Origin: Octopus bimaculoides
Taxonomy: Eukaryota
Direction: 5' to 3'
Assembly (NCBI RefSeq): GCF_001194135.2
Contig: NC_068983.1
Coordinates: 7,196,102 to 7,260,101, forward strand
Length of the DNA: 64,000 bases
Part shown: positions 37,149 to 51,206 of the stretch, one piece after another
Layout of the letters: each line of letters begins with the position of its first letter
Numbering within the stretch: position 1 is the first letter of the stretch
Made by a program: the position numbers and the translations under genes
The notes under the pieces: model-generated
Told to the model about the DNA's origin: nothing
Database searches by the model: none
What the model saw: the letters and a program-made list of their open reading frames with translations, nothing else

Positions 37149-38139
37149 ATAAAACTATAACACAGACTGTTCAATTACATCAATGAAAATGTTAGAGACG
37201 GTGACATTAAGACGGAATACCCAGACTCACAAACCTATTTGGTCAGGAGTTTGATAGGACTCAAAGACAAACTTTTTCACTAAACCTGTCCCAAGCCTTT
37301 TGATAAGTCTGTCTTAAATGTCCGTCCTTGGTTTCAGATTTTTAGTCAGCCCTTGTTTCTAAGTAATATAAAGATCTTCTTTCATAAGTCCCAAGTTACT
37401 CTGGTGGTTGAAAAAATTGGGAATATGTTTCATATATGATGTATGGATACCAGGGAAATACATCCTGTGTATAACATGTAATAATAGAGAGAGAAAAAAA
37501 CAAACTATATTTGATGGCATAAAAGACACACAAACATATTAGATACACCACAATTTCAGCAGCACATAGTCAAGAAAAATAGTTCAGACCCAACTTTGTA
37601 TAAAGGGCTTTTTCAAGACATTTTTTGCAGAGAGGCAAAAAGTGTACTCATATACCTTCTAAAACATAAAGTAAATATTTTAACAACCTTGCTAAAGAAA
37701 CGCAGCAATAAAGCTACAAACCATTTTTTAAATAATTAAACAAGAAAAAAAAAAAGAGAAACAAAATGTAATTAATTAGTTGAAAGACCCCAATATATGA
37801 GAACGATATTAATGACTGAAATATTGTTATTGAAACAAATTATATTAGATGTGAAATGAAAAATATTAACATTGTTTGTTTGGTTGTTTGTTTTTACCAC
37901 TGCATGCAATTTTAGGACAACACTTGAACAATGAAAAAAAAAAAAAAATACAGGTGTAAAGCTTCGTTAATTAAGATAGAAACACATGCACCAAGCAAAA
38001 CAAGATGAGGAATGAAGTTAGAAATTATAATTTCACAAACCAAAACATTTCAATTACACATCAGATAAATCACATATATGTGTTGATTTAAGATGATATT
38101 ATTATTGGTATTATTATATTTATTATTATTATAATGATA

Positions 38140-38521
38140 AAGGCAGCGAGCTGGCAGAAGCGTCAGCACACCGGGCGAAATGCTTGGCGGTATTTCGTCT
38201 GTCTTTACGTTCTGAGTTCAAATTCTAAACACAAGGCTGGACGAAATGTGGCAAAGTATTTTGCCCAGCATGCTAATGATTCTGCCAGTTCACCACCTTA
38301 ATAATAATATTAATAATAATGATGATGATGATGATGATGATGGGGTTCAAATTTTGGCACAATGCCAGCAATTTTGGAAGTGAGGGCTAGTCAATTACAT
38401 TGACCCTTGTGCTCAACTGGTACTTATTCTATCGACCCTGAAAGGATGAATTTGGATTCGAACATAAAGATGGATGAAATGCCACTATGGCATGCTAGCG
38501 ACTTTGTCAGCACTCGGCCTT
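38140..38521. mobile_element. Cluster of family B fragments in opposite orientations
   Basis: Plus-strand head at 38140-38226; minus-strand copies at ~38230-38300 and 38340-38521. Confidence 0.7.
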
Positions 38522-38698
38522 AATAATAATAATAATAACAACAACAACAACAACAACAACAAAATAAATTTTTAAAATTAAACAAACAAAACACAAAAAT
38601 ATTTAGAAAAAACACAAATTGAAACGATTGAGATGGGGGAGGCAAAAGAGGGGATGATGATGATGATGACAGAATTGCAATTAAAAAGGGGCTGGATT

Positions 38699-38736
<38 letters not shown>

Positions 38737-39324
38737 GATGTAAAGTTGAAAGAAAAATAAACTGCCAGGTGGGGAAACATTGGAACAGATAGGTGACTGC
38801 ATCTACTCAACAGAAACTATGACTCACCTGAGTTCTGGTGACATATTCATTCAGACGCACTAAATACTGGTTAACAGGGAAACAGTTCTGTGTGATGACG
38901 ATGATGATGATGATTACATGATCTTGTGTAATTAAGTAGCAATGAGTAAATAGTTATTAGAAACGTTGAAAACTGACTAAACTAAGATGAGTTAATAAAA
39001 ATCTGTCTTTGAAAAGAATCGGATTTCTTTAAAGAAGAGTAATGTTAATATTTATGGTTTTAATCTGTTAAGTGGGGAAGTACGATAAGAGAGAGAGAGA
39101 AAGAGAGAGAGACTGAGAGAGAATGTGTGTGTGTGTGTGTTGTTGAGATAAACAAGTATTTAAGTAAGCAACTCAACACTTAAGTCTCTCTCTCTCTCAC
39201 ACACACACACACATACACAGAAGCCCACTCCCCACCCCCAAAAATAAAACTTAAGTAATAGTTGGAACATACACGCATGTACACACAAATACAGAGAAAC
39301 ATTACTCTGAGATGAATAAGAACC

Positions 39325-39355
<31 letters not shown>

Positions 39356-42300
39356 TGCTCCTCAACTGTCTTTGAGAAAACAAAAAAGAGAAAAAGAAAA
39401 TGACAACCAATTAGATCAATTTTGCCCTCAACGAGTCACATTTAAAGGAAAACTGATGAATCACAGATCAAATGATAAAGGAGTCTTTATGTCTAAAGCA
39501 TTAATAAATTCAATCTTAGAAAATTCAGATAGACAGGCACACACACACACACACACACATATGAGGCTACATGAAAAGCACAGTTGCCAGTGTCACATAA
39601 AATGTATACACANNNNNNNNNNNNNNNNNNNNNNNNNNNNNNNNNNNNNNNNNNNNNNNNNNNNNNNNNNNNNNNNNNNNNNNNNNNNNNNNNNNNNNNN
39701 NNNNNNNNNNNNNNNNNNNNNNNNNNNNNNNNNNNNNNNNNNNNNNNNNNNNNNNNNNNNNNNNNNNNNNNNNNNNNNNNNNNNNNNNNNNNNNNNNNNN
39801 NNNNNNNNNNNNNNNNNNNNNNNNNNNNNNNNNNNNNNNNNNNNNNNNNNNNNNNNNNNNNNNNNNNNNNNNNNNNNNNNNNNNNNNNNNNNNNNNNNNN
39901 NNNNNNNNNNNNNNNNNNNNNNNNNNNNNNNNNNNNNNNNNNNNNNNNNNNNNNNNNNNNNNNNNNNNNNNNNNNNNNNNNNNNNNNNNNNNNNNNNNNN
40001 NNNNNNNNNNNNNNNNNNNNNNNNNNNNNNNNNNNNNNNNNNNNNNNNNNNNNNNNNNNNNNNNNNNNNNNNNNNNNNNNNNNNNNNNNNNNNNNNNNNN
40101 NNNNNNNNNNNNNNNNNNNNNNNNNNNNNNNNNNNNNNNNNNNNNNNNNNNNNNNNNNNNNNNNNNNNNNNNNNNNNNNNNNNNNNNNNNNNNNNNNNAA
40201 AAAAAAAAAAGAAAATGCATCCAGTACGCTCTGTGAAGTGGTTGGTGCTATTTAGGTCTCAGGTGGTAAATACTGAATTCTGCTGACTAGGCACAAAGTC
40301 AATGCCAGACAGGGAGAGAGTAAAAGGAAAAGGAGAGAGAGAGAGAGAGGAAACAGAGAGAGAGAGGAGAGAGAGAGAGAGAAAGAAGAAAGAGAGGATC
40401 AGGTGTATTTAGTTATGTCATTGGTACTGTTTTTATTTTCTCATGCAAAACAGATAAAAAGTGAAAATCAGCCATAGCAGGATTTGAACTCACAAACAAG
40501 AGTTCATAAACATGACACAATGAAGCAATCTAGTCAAGAACTGCAGTAGATAGATAAATTATCTAACTACTTCGCTATAGTTGATGAATTAAATATTAGC
40601 TGGAGAAATCTTCAGGCATAGAACTAAATTAAGAAAATGACACTTCACACCAAACTGAAGCTGATGGAGCCAAGACATGCTAGAAATAGCTGTTAAACCT
40701 CCCAACGACAATAACAACTAATGTTGAGAATGAAGTCAACATTATTGACTTGAACATTTGCTGAGATCATCACAATTCCAGCCAGAAAATCAGAATGATA
40801 TCTAAGGAAATGTTTAGAGAAACAAGAACTAAAGGCTATTCATAAAAGCTTGTCAAAGATCAGCCAGAGTGAGAATGAAGTGAAAAGCTAAGGCATGCCA
40901 GCTCTCGAGTTACTAAAGAGGTTAATAAACTAAACATTAATCTGTACTAATATAAGTGGAGGTCATCACAGATTAATAGTAGTGGTACTACTAGTAGTAG
41001 AGGTGATAATTAGTTCAAGGGAAAATTTAGACTTATCTCTAAAGATTCTCAATATCTCATTAAATTAGATTTTAAGGATTAAAAAAAAAAAATGTTTAGC
41101 AGTTGAAATTATTAAAATGGAAACATCACCTAATTGGCAGCAAGCCATGACACTTGGCTGAAATGTATACAAGAAATAAAACATGAGAAAAGATTGTTTG
41201 TGTTAAATGTGTTAAAGAGATGGACAAAATGGACAGAAGTAAATACAGAATTGACTGAACAAAAGACGAAGTAGTGGAAATATATTGAAGAGAAGAAGAG
41301 AATAGATGGGTTTCGAGTCTTTTGGATTGAGCTGTACTCACTACTTTCAGAGTAGATGGGTGTGTGGTGGGTGTTAACCTGTAGAACAGACAGCAACAGG
41401 GTTTATAGTGAGGATGGCTATGATGGTGGTTATGACAGTATATGGCGGTGGAGGTAGAGTGATGGCAGGGTGCTGGCGATGTGCTGACGTATGAGTTGAT
41501 GTGACAGTAGCTGTGATGCTGGTTGAAGTGATAACTGTCAAGATAGGTGTAGAGATAGGATGGTGGTTGAAGTATACAGTGATGGTTACTGTGGTAGTGA
41601 TGGTCATAGTGGTAGCATGACAATGGCTGTAGTAGTGTGAAGGTAGGTATAGCATGCATGACAATGGTTATGATGTGTATGTGTGTGTAATAGTGTTGTC
41701 CTAAGTATAAGCACATTGGGAAAATGTCCAGATAGCCTTATACTAATTTATATTTGTGGTAGATTGCTGCCAGTTAATAAAATCTATAAACCCTGGTGCA
41801 TTGCTTTACCCAGGGGCATATAATGCTGTAAAGACAGTGCTTATGATGGTCTGAATCTTGTACCTAACCTATTATGAACAACACACAAAACCATCTGAGT
41901 TACTTTGACTCTAGACCTTGCCAACTATAGAGTTACTAAACATGTTAATCAACCAAACATTAAACTGTACTTATATATACAAAAGTGGAGATCATCACAG
42001 ACTAATTGTACAACTAATAGTAGTAGTGGTGGTGGTAATTAGTTAAAGAGAAAATTTAGATTGATAATTTTTGCTGCTAATTTCAACTTACATAACAATT
42101 AAAACTGCATCTCAAATACATGAGATGACTTTTGATGGTGATCCCACTTACATAACAAAACTGCATCTCTAAGACAAGAGATGATCTTTGCTGGTGTTCT
42201 GCATCTCAAAGACAAGGCTTTCTATTCAGAATCAGAAAATACTTCAGCACTGATTTGTTACTAAACATCTATAAAACTCAGATAATATTCGCAATATATA

Positions 42301-42895
42301 TACATGATGTTAATACTGTTAGACACCATACAAGCATTGTAGGAAACATCCAGAAGAAGGCTACATGAGCATTTGTCAATAAATTACTAATACTTTACAA
42401 CCTCTGGCTTACAGACACACTGCTTCCTCATTCACACTACTTATTCTATAGCTACTACAACAGCCTCTAGTCCTATAAACTAGCTACCTCCATACCCTCT
42501 GACTTAAAGACACACTACCTAATCTACAACAATATCCTTTGTTCCTCTGAAAGTATCTAGCTTATACATCAGACAAACTGACTTACTTTCCTATCATATA
42601 CACTGCCTATAATTCTACAGTACTCTTCTTAACTAGTTAGTTATGTAATCTCATTCAGGCCCAACAGACACGTTCATCTACCACATCTCTCAAGCTCTGC
42701 ATTAAGCACTTTCCCAATACTTCCTCTCCCTATAACAAAAACCCTCTGGAACTTCATTACTTCCTATCTACATTTTTCCTACCAGATGTCAACCTTCAGC
42801 TGTCCAAACTGAACATTAGACACATCAGTCTGACAGTCTGGGAGAGAGAATAGCAAAGAACTGAACACAGTTTCTCTCCATCTTGTTAAACAATT

Positions 42896-42937
<42 letters not shown>

Positions 42938-43665
42938 TGTGTATGTGTGTGTGTGTGAACATACATAAGATTGTAAGCATGTGTATATACAAGTGAATAT
43001 ATGCATGCGTACATGCATGGCAATGCAGGTGTGTTTATATGTGTGGGAATGTGTGTGTGTGTGTTTACATGTGTGGGAATGAGTGCATACGTTTGTGTGA
43101 ACGCAAGTATATGTGTGTGTGTGTGTGTGTGTGAATGTGCCTAAGTGTACCTAACGGCGAGAATGAATGTGATAGGGATTAAAGGAGCTCCCTATTTATC
43201 CAAAACAGAGTTAAGTATAATCGACAAATTTTCAGATGTCTTTAGTTTGAAAGCATACACGATAATGTAGTAGCAGTAATAATAGTGTAGATGGTGATAA
43301 TAATAGTGGCCATACTGTACTGATGTTGTAGTAGCACTAGTAGAAGTAGTAGTATAGTAAAATAAATAAACTGAGATGACAAGGCCAACTTACAAATGAG
43401 TTGTCGTAGAAGACTGTAAAGTAAATTTGAAGTCAGGCACAGTTACTAGAGTGACAACAGCAATAACAGCCATGTTTCAGCAGTACAATAGTAGCTATAG
43501 AAGACCGAAGACAACATTCATAAGTGAGGGTCATGGTCATGCAACAGCAACACAATACAGAGGTTGCACCACGTGCAGGGAACTGAAGATTGCATTCAGA
43601 GGTTAGGGGTAGTCATGCTGCAGGGTGTGTGTGTGTGTGTGTCCATGCATGTGTGCATGCGTGTG

Positions 43666-43697
<32 letters not shown>

Positions 43698-44841
43698 GGG
43701 AGAATTCACAAAACAACAAAAGACGAAGACAGGTGGTGTAGAAAGCAAACAGATGTATTCGTATAACGCTTGGGAATTGAAAAAGTCTTTAACGTTTCGA
43801 GCNNNNNNNNNNNNNNNNNNNNNNNNNNNNNNNNNNNNNNNNNNNNNNNNNNNNNNNNNNNNNNNNNNNNNNNNNNNNNNNNNNNNNNNNNNNNNNNNNN
43901 NNNNNNNNNNNNNNNNNNNNNNNNNNNNNNNNNNNNNNNNNNNNNNNNNNNNNNNNNNNNNNNNNNNNNNNNNNNNNNNNNNNNNNNNNNNNNNNNNNNN
44001 NNNNNNNNNNNNNNNNNNNNNNNNNNNNNNNNNNNNNNNNNNNNNNNNNNNNNNNNNNNNNNNNNNNNNNNNNNNNNNNNNNNNNNNNNNNNNNNNNNNN
44101 NNNNNNNNNNNNNNNNNNNNNNNNNNNNNNNNNNNNNNNNNNNNNNNNNNNNNNNNNNNNNNNNNNNNNNNNNNNNNNNNNNNNNNNNNNNNNNNNNNNN
44201 NNNNNNNNNNNNNNNNNNNNNNNNNNNNNNNNNNNNNNNNNNNNNNNNNNNNNNNNNNNNNNNNNNNNNNNNNNNNNNNNNNNNNNNNNNNNNNNNNNNN
44301 NNNNNNNNNNNNNNNNNNNNNNNNNNNNNNNNNNNNNNNNNNNNNNNNNNNNNNNNNNNNNNNNNNNNNNNNNNNATATATATAGGGTTGAGGAGGGTAT
44401 TGGATTTAACCAAACTCAAGAGGATTTTATATATTTACATATATATATATATATATATGATTGTGACTTGTTCATAATTATAAACATTTTTCTTTTTCAT
44501 ATTTTATGATAGCATGTTTGGCCATTGATATATTCATAAATAATCTTAATTATTTTTATAAATCATTTGTAATGTTTTTACATTACTCTCTACTTATATA
44601 TATAAAAGCTTCTTTTGGTTTTCCCTCTACCAAAGCACTCACAAAGTTATGGTCAGCCAGGGGCTGTAAAAGAAAACACTTGCACAAAATGCCACAGAGA
44701 GGAACTGAATCCAAAACCATCTGATTGGGAAACAAACTTCTTAACCATGGAGCCATTTATATTTCAGAAGCAATAGGGAAGAGAAGCTACAAGATGCTTC
44801 AGGTCGAGGATCAGAGAGTATAAAAGAGAGAGACTGGCAGT

Positions 44842-44879
<38 letters not shown>

Positions 44880-45247
44880 GGCGGAGAAGAGAACCATGGT
44901 CAGGGGCAGTGGGAAGAGAAGAGAAAGCAAGGCAGTGAAAAGGAAAGAGTGGTGGTGGACATGGAGAGAGAAGCAATGGAAAGGAGACAGACAAACAGAG
45001 ACGAACAGACAGACAAACAGAGACAAACAGACAGGCAATGGGCAGGACGGGAGATAGGCAAGCAATTTTTGCAGGCAACAGACGGAGAGGGAGACATTAA
45101 GTATAAGCAGTTCAAAAGTAGGGGACAGTAGACAGCAAGGATGTATGAGGAAGACCAGGAAGGCCAGAAGAAAGGGTGAGGCAAGATGAGAAGGGAGTTT
45201 TGATAATGGTTGGACTAGCGTTAAGCAATCGATACATACTTGATTAC

Positions 45248-46304
45248 CTGGCAGAGGAGAATCTGAGAGATCCGACCCCGATGTGTTAAGAGTGTTAGAT
45301 CCTGTTAGAGTGTCCGTAGGGAGACCAGAGTCAATGATTGTAGTTGAACTACTAATGTTAGCATCGGAAATGATGTTAGTAGTGGCACAAGAGTTGAGGG
45401 TAGAAGAACAAGCTGTTGAAGAGGTACCGGCTGTTGAAGAGGTACCGGCTGTTGAAGAGGTACCGGCTGTTGAAGAGGTACAGGCTGTTGAAGAGGTACA
45501 GGCTGTTGAAGAGGTACAGGCTGTTGAAGAGGTACAAGCTGTTGAAGAGGTACAAGCTGTTGAAGAGGTACAAGCTGTTGAAGAGGTACCACCTGTTGAA
45601 GAGGTACCACCTGTTGAAGAGGTACCACCTGTTGAAGAGGTACCACCTGTTGAAGAGGTACCACCTGTTGAAGAGGTACCACCTGTTGAAGAGGTACCAC
45701 CTGTTGAAGAGGTACCACCTGTTGAAGAGGTACAGGCTGTTGAAGAGGTACAGGCTGTTGAAGAGGTACAGGCTGTTGAAGAAGTATCAGCTGTTGAAGA
45801 AGTATCAGCTGCTGAAGAGGTACCAGCTGTTGTTACTGCTATTAATGCTGTAGTAGTAGTAGTAGTAGTAATAGTTGTTATAGTAGTTGTTGCAGTAGAA
45901 GTAGTAGTAGTAATGGTTGTAGGAGTAGAAGAGGAGGTTAAACTAGTTGATGTAGAATCTGATGCTACTTCTAAAATGGTTCTTCTTACTGTTGTAGTTT
46001 CTGTGTCAGATGGTGGTGGTGGTGTTGTTTCTATTGAATTGGTGGTTGTGTCAGCATTGGCTGACACCGGTGCTTCATCTGTTGTTGCTGCTGTTGTTGT
46101 TGTTGCTGCTGCTGCTGCTGCTGTCACCGTGGTTACCAATCTCGGAGCGTTAGCAGATGCTGCTGCTGTCACTGCTGCAGAGGTGAAAGTGGGAGGTGCA
46201 GTTGTAGGAAGCAATTTCGAAGAGAGGGGTGGTGTTGATGACATAACGGGGAGAGTTGACCGAGGGCTGGAATCTCTGCTCAGAGAATCCACGTCGGAAA
46301 AGTT
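45248..46304 (-). CDS. NISCH: NISCH linker exon, 352 codons, Thr/Ser/Ala-rich low complexity with hexapeptide repeats
   Basis: cttcctgcag acceptor in frame with the long ORF, gtaatc donor, 1057 nt, phase 0/1. This fits the flanking exons exactly and has no stops. There is no recognisable homology, so support is from the ORF and splice phase only. Confidence 0.75.
45415..45828 (-). repeat. Coding minisatellite, 23 x 18 nt
   Basis: + strand unit gttgaagaggtaNNNNct; encodes blocks of TAGTSS, TACTSS and TGGTSS. Confidence 0.95.
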
Positions 46305-46950
46305 CTGCAGGAAGATATTGCAAAAAAACTCATTTCAAACCATGTCGAAAATAATGAAATAATAACAGAATCTTCAGCAAAATAATAAATATGTAATTTG
46401 TACCCTGATGGTTAGGNNNNNNNNNNNNNNNNNNNNNNNNNNNNNNNNNNNNNNNNNNNNNNNNNNNNNNNNNNNNNNNNNNNNNNNNNNNNNNNNNNNN
46501 NNNNNNNNNNNNNNNNNNNNNNNNNNNNNNNNNNNNNNNNNNNNNNNNNNNNNNNNNNNNNNNNNNNNNNNNNNNNNNNNNNNNNNNNNNNNNNNNNNNN
46601 NNNNNNNNNNNNNNNNNNNNNNNNNNNNNNNNNNNNNNNNNNNNNNNNNNNNNNNNNNNNNNNNNNNNNNNNNNNNNNNNNNNNNNNNNNNNNNNNNNNN
46701 NNNNNNNNNNNNNNNNNNNNNNNNNNNNNNNNNNNNNNNNNNNNNNNNNNNNNNNNNNNNNNNNNNNNNNNNNNNNNNNNNNNNNNNNNNNNNNNNNNNN
46801 NNNNNNNNNNNNNNNNNNNNNNNNNNNNNNNNNNNNNNNNNNNNNNNNNNNNNNNNNNNNNNNNNNNNNNNNNNNNNNNNNNNNNNNNNNNNNNNNNNNN
46901 NNNNNNNNNNNNNNNNNNNNNNNNNNNNNNNNNNNNNNNNNNNNNNNNNN

Positions 46951-47180
46951 ACACCATTTGAGCGTGGCCGTTGCCAGTACCGCCTGACTGGCCTCGTGCG
47001 GGTGGCACGTAAAAGCACCCACTACACTCTCAGAGTGGTTGGCGTTAGGAAGGGCATCCAGCTGTAGAAATTCTGCCAAATCACATTGGAGCCTGGTGTC
47101 GCCTCCTGGTCCACCAGTCCTCAGTCAAATCGTCCAAACCATGCTAGCATGGAAGGCGGACATTAAATGATGATGATGAT
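46951..47180 (+). mobile_element. SINE family C
   Basis: Same 3' region and (GAT)n tail. Confidence 0.8.
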
Positions 47181-47659
47181 TGTGGGAGGATTTTCAACCA
47201 TGTGGTTTCTGGTTCAGCCCCACCGTGAAGCATTTTGGTGGCATCTTCTGCTGTAACTATAAACTCAAGGTGACCAATGGTGACACAAACTAAGTGGAGG
47301 CTTGTCATGCATGTTTGCATGTGTGTGTTTGTCTATGTCAATTTATATATTTGACACTGATTAAAAAGAAACAGTGCTTAAGTCTTGTTTAACGGTGGTG
47401 TGATAAATATATAATGTTAAAATAAGTACCAGACGTAAAAGAACTTAGGTTGACAAAACCCTTTGAGGTGATGCTCCAGCATGGCCACACTTAAACAAGT
47501 GAAATAAGTAGGAGGGTAAAGAATATACATAATCCTCATCATCGTTTAACGTCCGCTTTCCATGCTAGCATGGGTTGGACGATTTGACTGAGTACTGGTG
47601 AACCAGATGGCTGCACCAGGCTCCAGTTTGATCTGGCTGTGGATGCCCTTCCTAACGTC

Positions 47660-47870
47660 AGGTTTCAAATTTTGGCAGCAAGCCAGCAATTTTGGGGGAG
47701 GGGATAAGTCGATTACATTAACCCCAGTACTCAACTGGTACTTATTTAATCGACCCCCAAGAGGACGAAAGGCAAAGTCAACCTCAGCAGAATTTGAACT
47801 CAGGACACAGGGACAGATGAAATGCTGCTAAGCATTTTGCCTGGCCTGCTAATGATTCTGTCGGCTCATT
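47660..47870 (-). mobile_element. SINE family B
   Basis: Reverse-complement core and head. Confidence 0.75.
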
Positions 47871-49086
47871 GTCTTACAGAAGATAGATATTGAGAACTAA
47901 ACACCAGTGGTGATCTACATCAACAAACATCATTTAGTGAAGTTGATAGATTGGTCGAAGTCTGTAAACTGTGAGGAGATAAAAACACTGATGTTTTGAG
48001 CAAAGCTTCTCTCTTATACATCATGAGCAAGAGCTTATGTCTTATATAGTTAGATATCTATCACTTGCAACTAAAAATGGTGCTGATGATGCAGCTATAT
48101 TCAAGTAGCAACACTGAGTAATATATCTAGTTCAGGAACCACAAAACAATGTCAGCAGACAGGTGTGAATTTATGACTTTCTGGTCTGTTAGCCTTGATA
48201 TAGAAAAATTTACAATAGAAAAATATACAAAAATTGTTTATTGCTGAAGAATTTCTATTGTGAAATTTTATTCAACTTGGTGAAAGATTCTTTATGATAT
48301 AGAATAAAAAAAAGTAGAATGGTTGAGAGCTTAAGGCTCTAAACTGCTGACCACATGAACATAAGATGAAGTCTCACTGCTTATATGGCGTTATACTCCT
48401 GAGCAAGGTACCTAACTCTGTTATGCTCTAAATTTCCAAGACTATACCAGAAAACTTCACATTTGAATAGAGGGCACATCCAACAAAACATAGAAGCAAA
48501 GATAAGAAATCCTCGTCATTTTAATGTCCTCTTTTTCAAGTTTGCATGGGTGAGGCAGACATTTTCTACGGCTGGATGCCCATCCTGTCACCAACCCTGA
48601 GCTGTTTCCAAACAAGGCAATATTTCTCCATCGCCAGACAGTAAAACTCATTTAATAATTATCACACAATGTAAAGACAAGGATGTGCAACAGGCCTCAC
48701 AAGGCCTTGATCAGCCTGGGACCAAGATGACAAATAGTGGGACGGAACCTATAACCATACAGCTGTACCTACACCGAAAAAACAGCATACAGGCTTGTTC
48801 AAGACAAAAAAAAGGGGGGGAAATGATAGCCAAAAATGTCTATATAGAATAGCCAAATTCACAGGCAAGTTTCAAATGGGATCACATGTTTAAACTGTCT
48901 AAGAAAGCATAAGAGAACCATGAAATGACCACGAGAAATGTCACCGAAATGATTCAGACAGTTCACTACTTCTGTGTCGTAGCTCTGCTCAAATGAAGTT
49001 GACCAGGGTTATACAACAAGAAGTATCCTATTATCTTAAATATCAAATCCTACTTGTCATTACATTTCTATTTTTCAAGTTCTTAC

Positions 49087-49203
49087 TTTATTTGGCATCA
49101 ACTTGCGAAGTTTCTCTTTGTTCTCCTTCGATTTCTGTATAGCTAACACAACGGCTACGGTATCTAATTCTTTTTGAGAAGCTTTCATATGGTCAAGACA
49201 TAT
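49087..49203 (-). CDS. NISCH: NISCH exon (ICLDHMKASQKELDTVAVVLAIQKSKENKEKLRKLMPNK)
   Basis: cttttcag acceptor, gtaaga donor, 117 nt, phase 0/0; CLD...KELDTV..AIQK motif. Confidence 0.94.
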
Positions 49204-49459
49204 CTGAAAAGAAAAACACATATAAATACACATATATAGATATAAAGACTGACAGAGAAACAAAATTCACCCAGATTGGATAAATAAAGAAGAATAAAGA
49301 GAGAAGAGTGAAGGGGGTGACAAAGAGAATGATAGACAGGTAAGTAGATAAGTACACAGGTAGAAAGATAGGTAAATAGTTAAGTGGCTAGATAGACAGA
49401 CAGACATACAGCTTAGACTGAAGGATGAGGAAAATAAAGCATCCAATGTTTTCACTTAC

Positions 49460-49588
49460 TTCATTAGCTCGCTCTAAAAACATGGCAAGTACTTTAGTCC
49501 TGTAGTCAAGTACAATGGTAACAGAATTGGCAACCATTGACAACTTCTCCATACAAGGTAAGCCACTGACATGCTTCACTTCATTGAT
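49460..49588 (-). CDS. NISCH: NISCH exon, LRR cap (INEVKHVSGLPCMEKLSMVANSVTIVLDYRTKVLAMFLERANE)
   Basis: tttgtcag acceptor, gtaagt donor, 129 nt, phase 0/0; LPC..DYRTKVLA motif. Confidence 0.95.
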
Positions 49589-50491
49589 CTGACAAAATAC
49601 AGAAGATGTTATATATAGAATGGTATGGTATTAATATCACAGCACGGTATAGCAACAACGACATAGTATTGTGATGGTATCCTGGGCTTGACTTAAACTG
49701 CATCTGATGGTTGGGCCCAAGTTTGGGAGTTCCAAGAATTTGAGAAGTGTAAAAACCACCTCTTAGCCACCATTGCTCCCAGATAACCTCTGACTCAGAG
49801 TAGTAGCATCTGTCAGGGTCCTGGATGTGGGTTAATTAGCATATTATGGAAAAAAAACTCCAAGCACAAACCCTTACTGCCTTATCAATGCTTTGGTAAA
49901 GGAATGGGCTAGGTGAGCCAACCTTTGGCAAACATTTTATATGCTATTATTTGACAGCATTATCTACTTCAGTTCCACTATTCAGTTCTACATACCTCTT
50001 TACGAAAAGTAAAATAATCTTATAATGTAAACAATGTACAATTCTTGCTGGTATGAACAAAGCTTCTAAAACAGATAAAGAAAAATTCAAAGAGTTGTTT
50101 TGGTCCAATGGTAGCACATCTGTCATGTCCACAGTAGACATGGGTTTCAGTCCCATGGGCAGCCTTGAACGTTTTTTTCTATTGAAGAGGATTTTTAACC
50201 CAATATTTCACATGCTCTTATTTGTAGCTTTATCTAAGGCATTGAGCTGGTAGAATTGTTAGCACATGAGGCAAAATTCTAAGCACCATTTCACCCATAC
50301 GTTCTGAGTTCAAAATCTGCAGAGGTTGACTTTGTCTTTCATCCTTTCAGGGCACCAGTTGAGTACAGGGGCTCAGTGTAATTAACTTACTCGGTTTCCT
50401 GAAATTGCTGGCCTTGTACCAAAATTTGAAACCATTCGAGTTCCACTGTGAAAATGATTTACATTATCTTGAATTTTATCACTCAATTCTT

Positions 50492-50877
50492 TACTCTTTT
50501 ACTTGTTTCAGTCTTTTGACTGCGGCCATGCTGGCGCACCGCCTTTAGTCGAGCAGATCGACCCCGGGACTTATTCTTTGTAAGCCTAGTACTTATTCTA
50601 TCGGTGTTTCTTTGTGCCGAACCGCTAAGTTACAGGGACGTAAACACACCAGCATCGGTTGTCAAGCGATGTTGGGGGACAAACACAAACACANNNNNNN
50701 NNNATACATATATACGACAGGCTTCTTTCAGTTTCCGTCTACCAAATCCACTCACAAGGCTTTGGTCGGCCCGAGGCTATAGTGAAGGACACTTGCCCAA
50801 GATGTCACACAGTGAGACTGAACCCAGAACCATGTGATTGAGAAGCAAGCTACTTACCACACAGCCACTCCTACGCC
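50492..50877 (-). mobile_element. SINE family A, full length
   Basis: Reverse complement of the family A consensus. Confidence 0.9.
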
Positions 50878-51068
50878 TTATAGAAAATACTTTGTTTAAA
50901 CTGTTAATTAATGTTCAAAACCAACCAGTAATACACTGGGAATAAATTCAATCAGTTACAAGCACCACACTCTAACCACTACAACAACAACAACAAAAGG
51001 GGAAAAGAAAATAGACTGAGGAAGTTAAAAAAAACAAAGAATAACACAAGATAAATGATTGTACTTAC

Positions 51069-51127
51069 GTCTGAAATATCATTGTTACTGATATCCAAAT
51101 TAACAAGTGAAAATAACTTTGATAAAC
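51069..51127 (-). CDS. NISCH: NISCH exon, LRR (C-LSKLFSLVNLDISNNDISD)
   Basis: ttctttaaag acceptor, gtaagt donor, 59 nt, phase 1/0; matches KLYSLVNLDL. Confidence 0.93.
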
Positions 51128-51206
51128 CTTTAAAGAAAATCAAGAGAAATAAGATATGTAAGAGATTGTTTTGTGAAAATGACACTGCAATAGCTGTCAG
51201 TATTAA

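Noticed and set aside
41126-41716. 196-aa His/Thr-rich minus-strand ORF
   Set aside because: Product of degenerate GT/GAT-rich low-complexity DNA; no convincing splice sites or homology.
45283-46362. 359-aa Glu/Val-rich ORF on the + strand (and the other repeat-frame ORFs at 45305-45853)
   Set aside because: Antisense shadow of the 18-nt coding repeat. The minus-strand frame has phase-compatible splice sites and fits NISCH.
39312-47079. Long ORFs dominated by X (39312-40286, 43706-44477, 46330-47079; likewise 11748-12155, 58613-59216, 60642-61133)
   Set aside because: Artefacts of N gaps.
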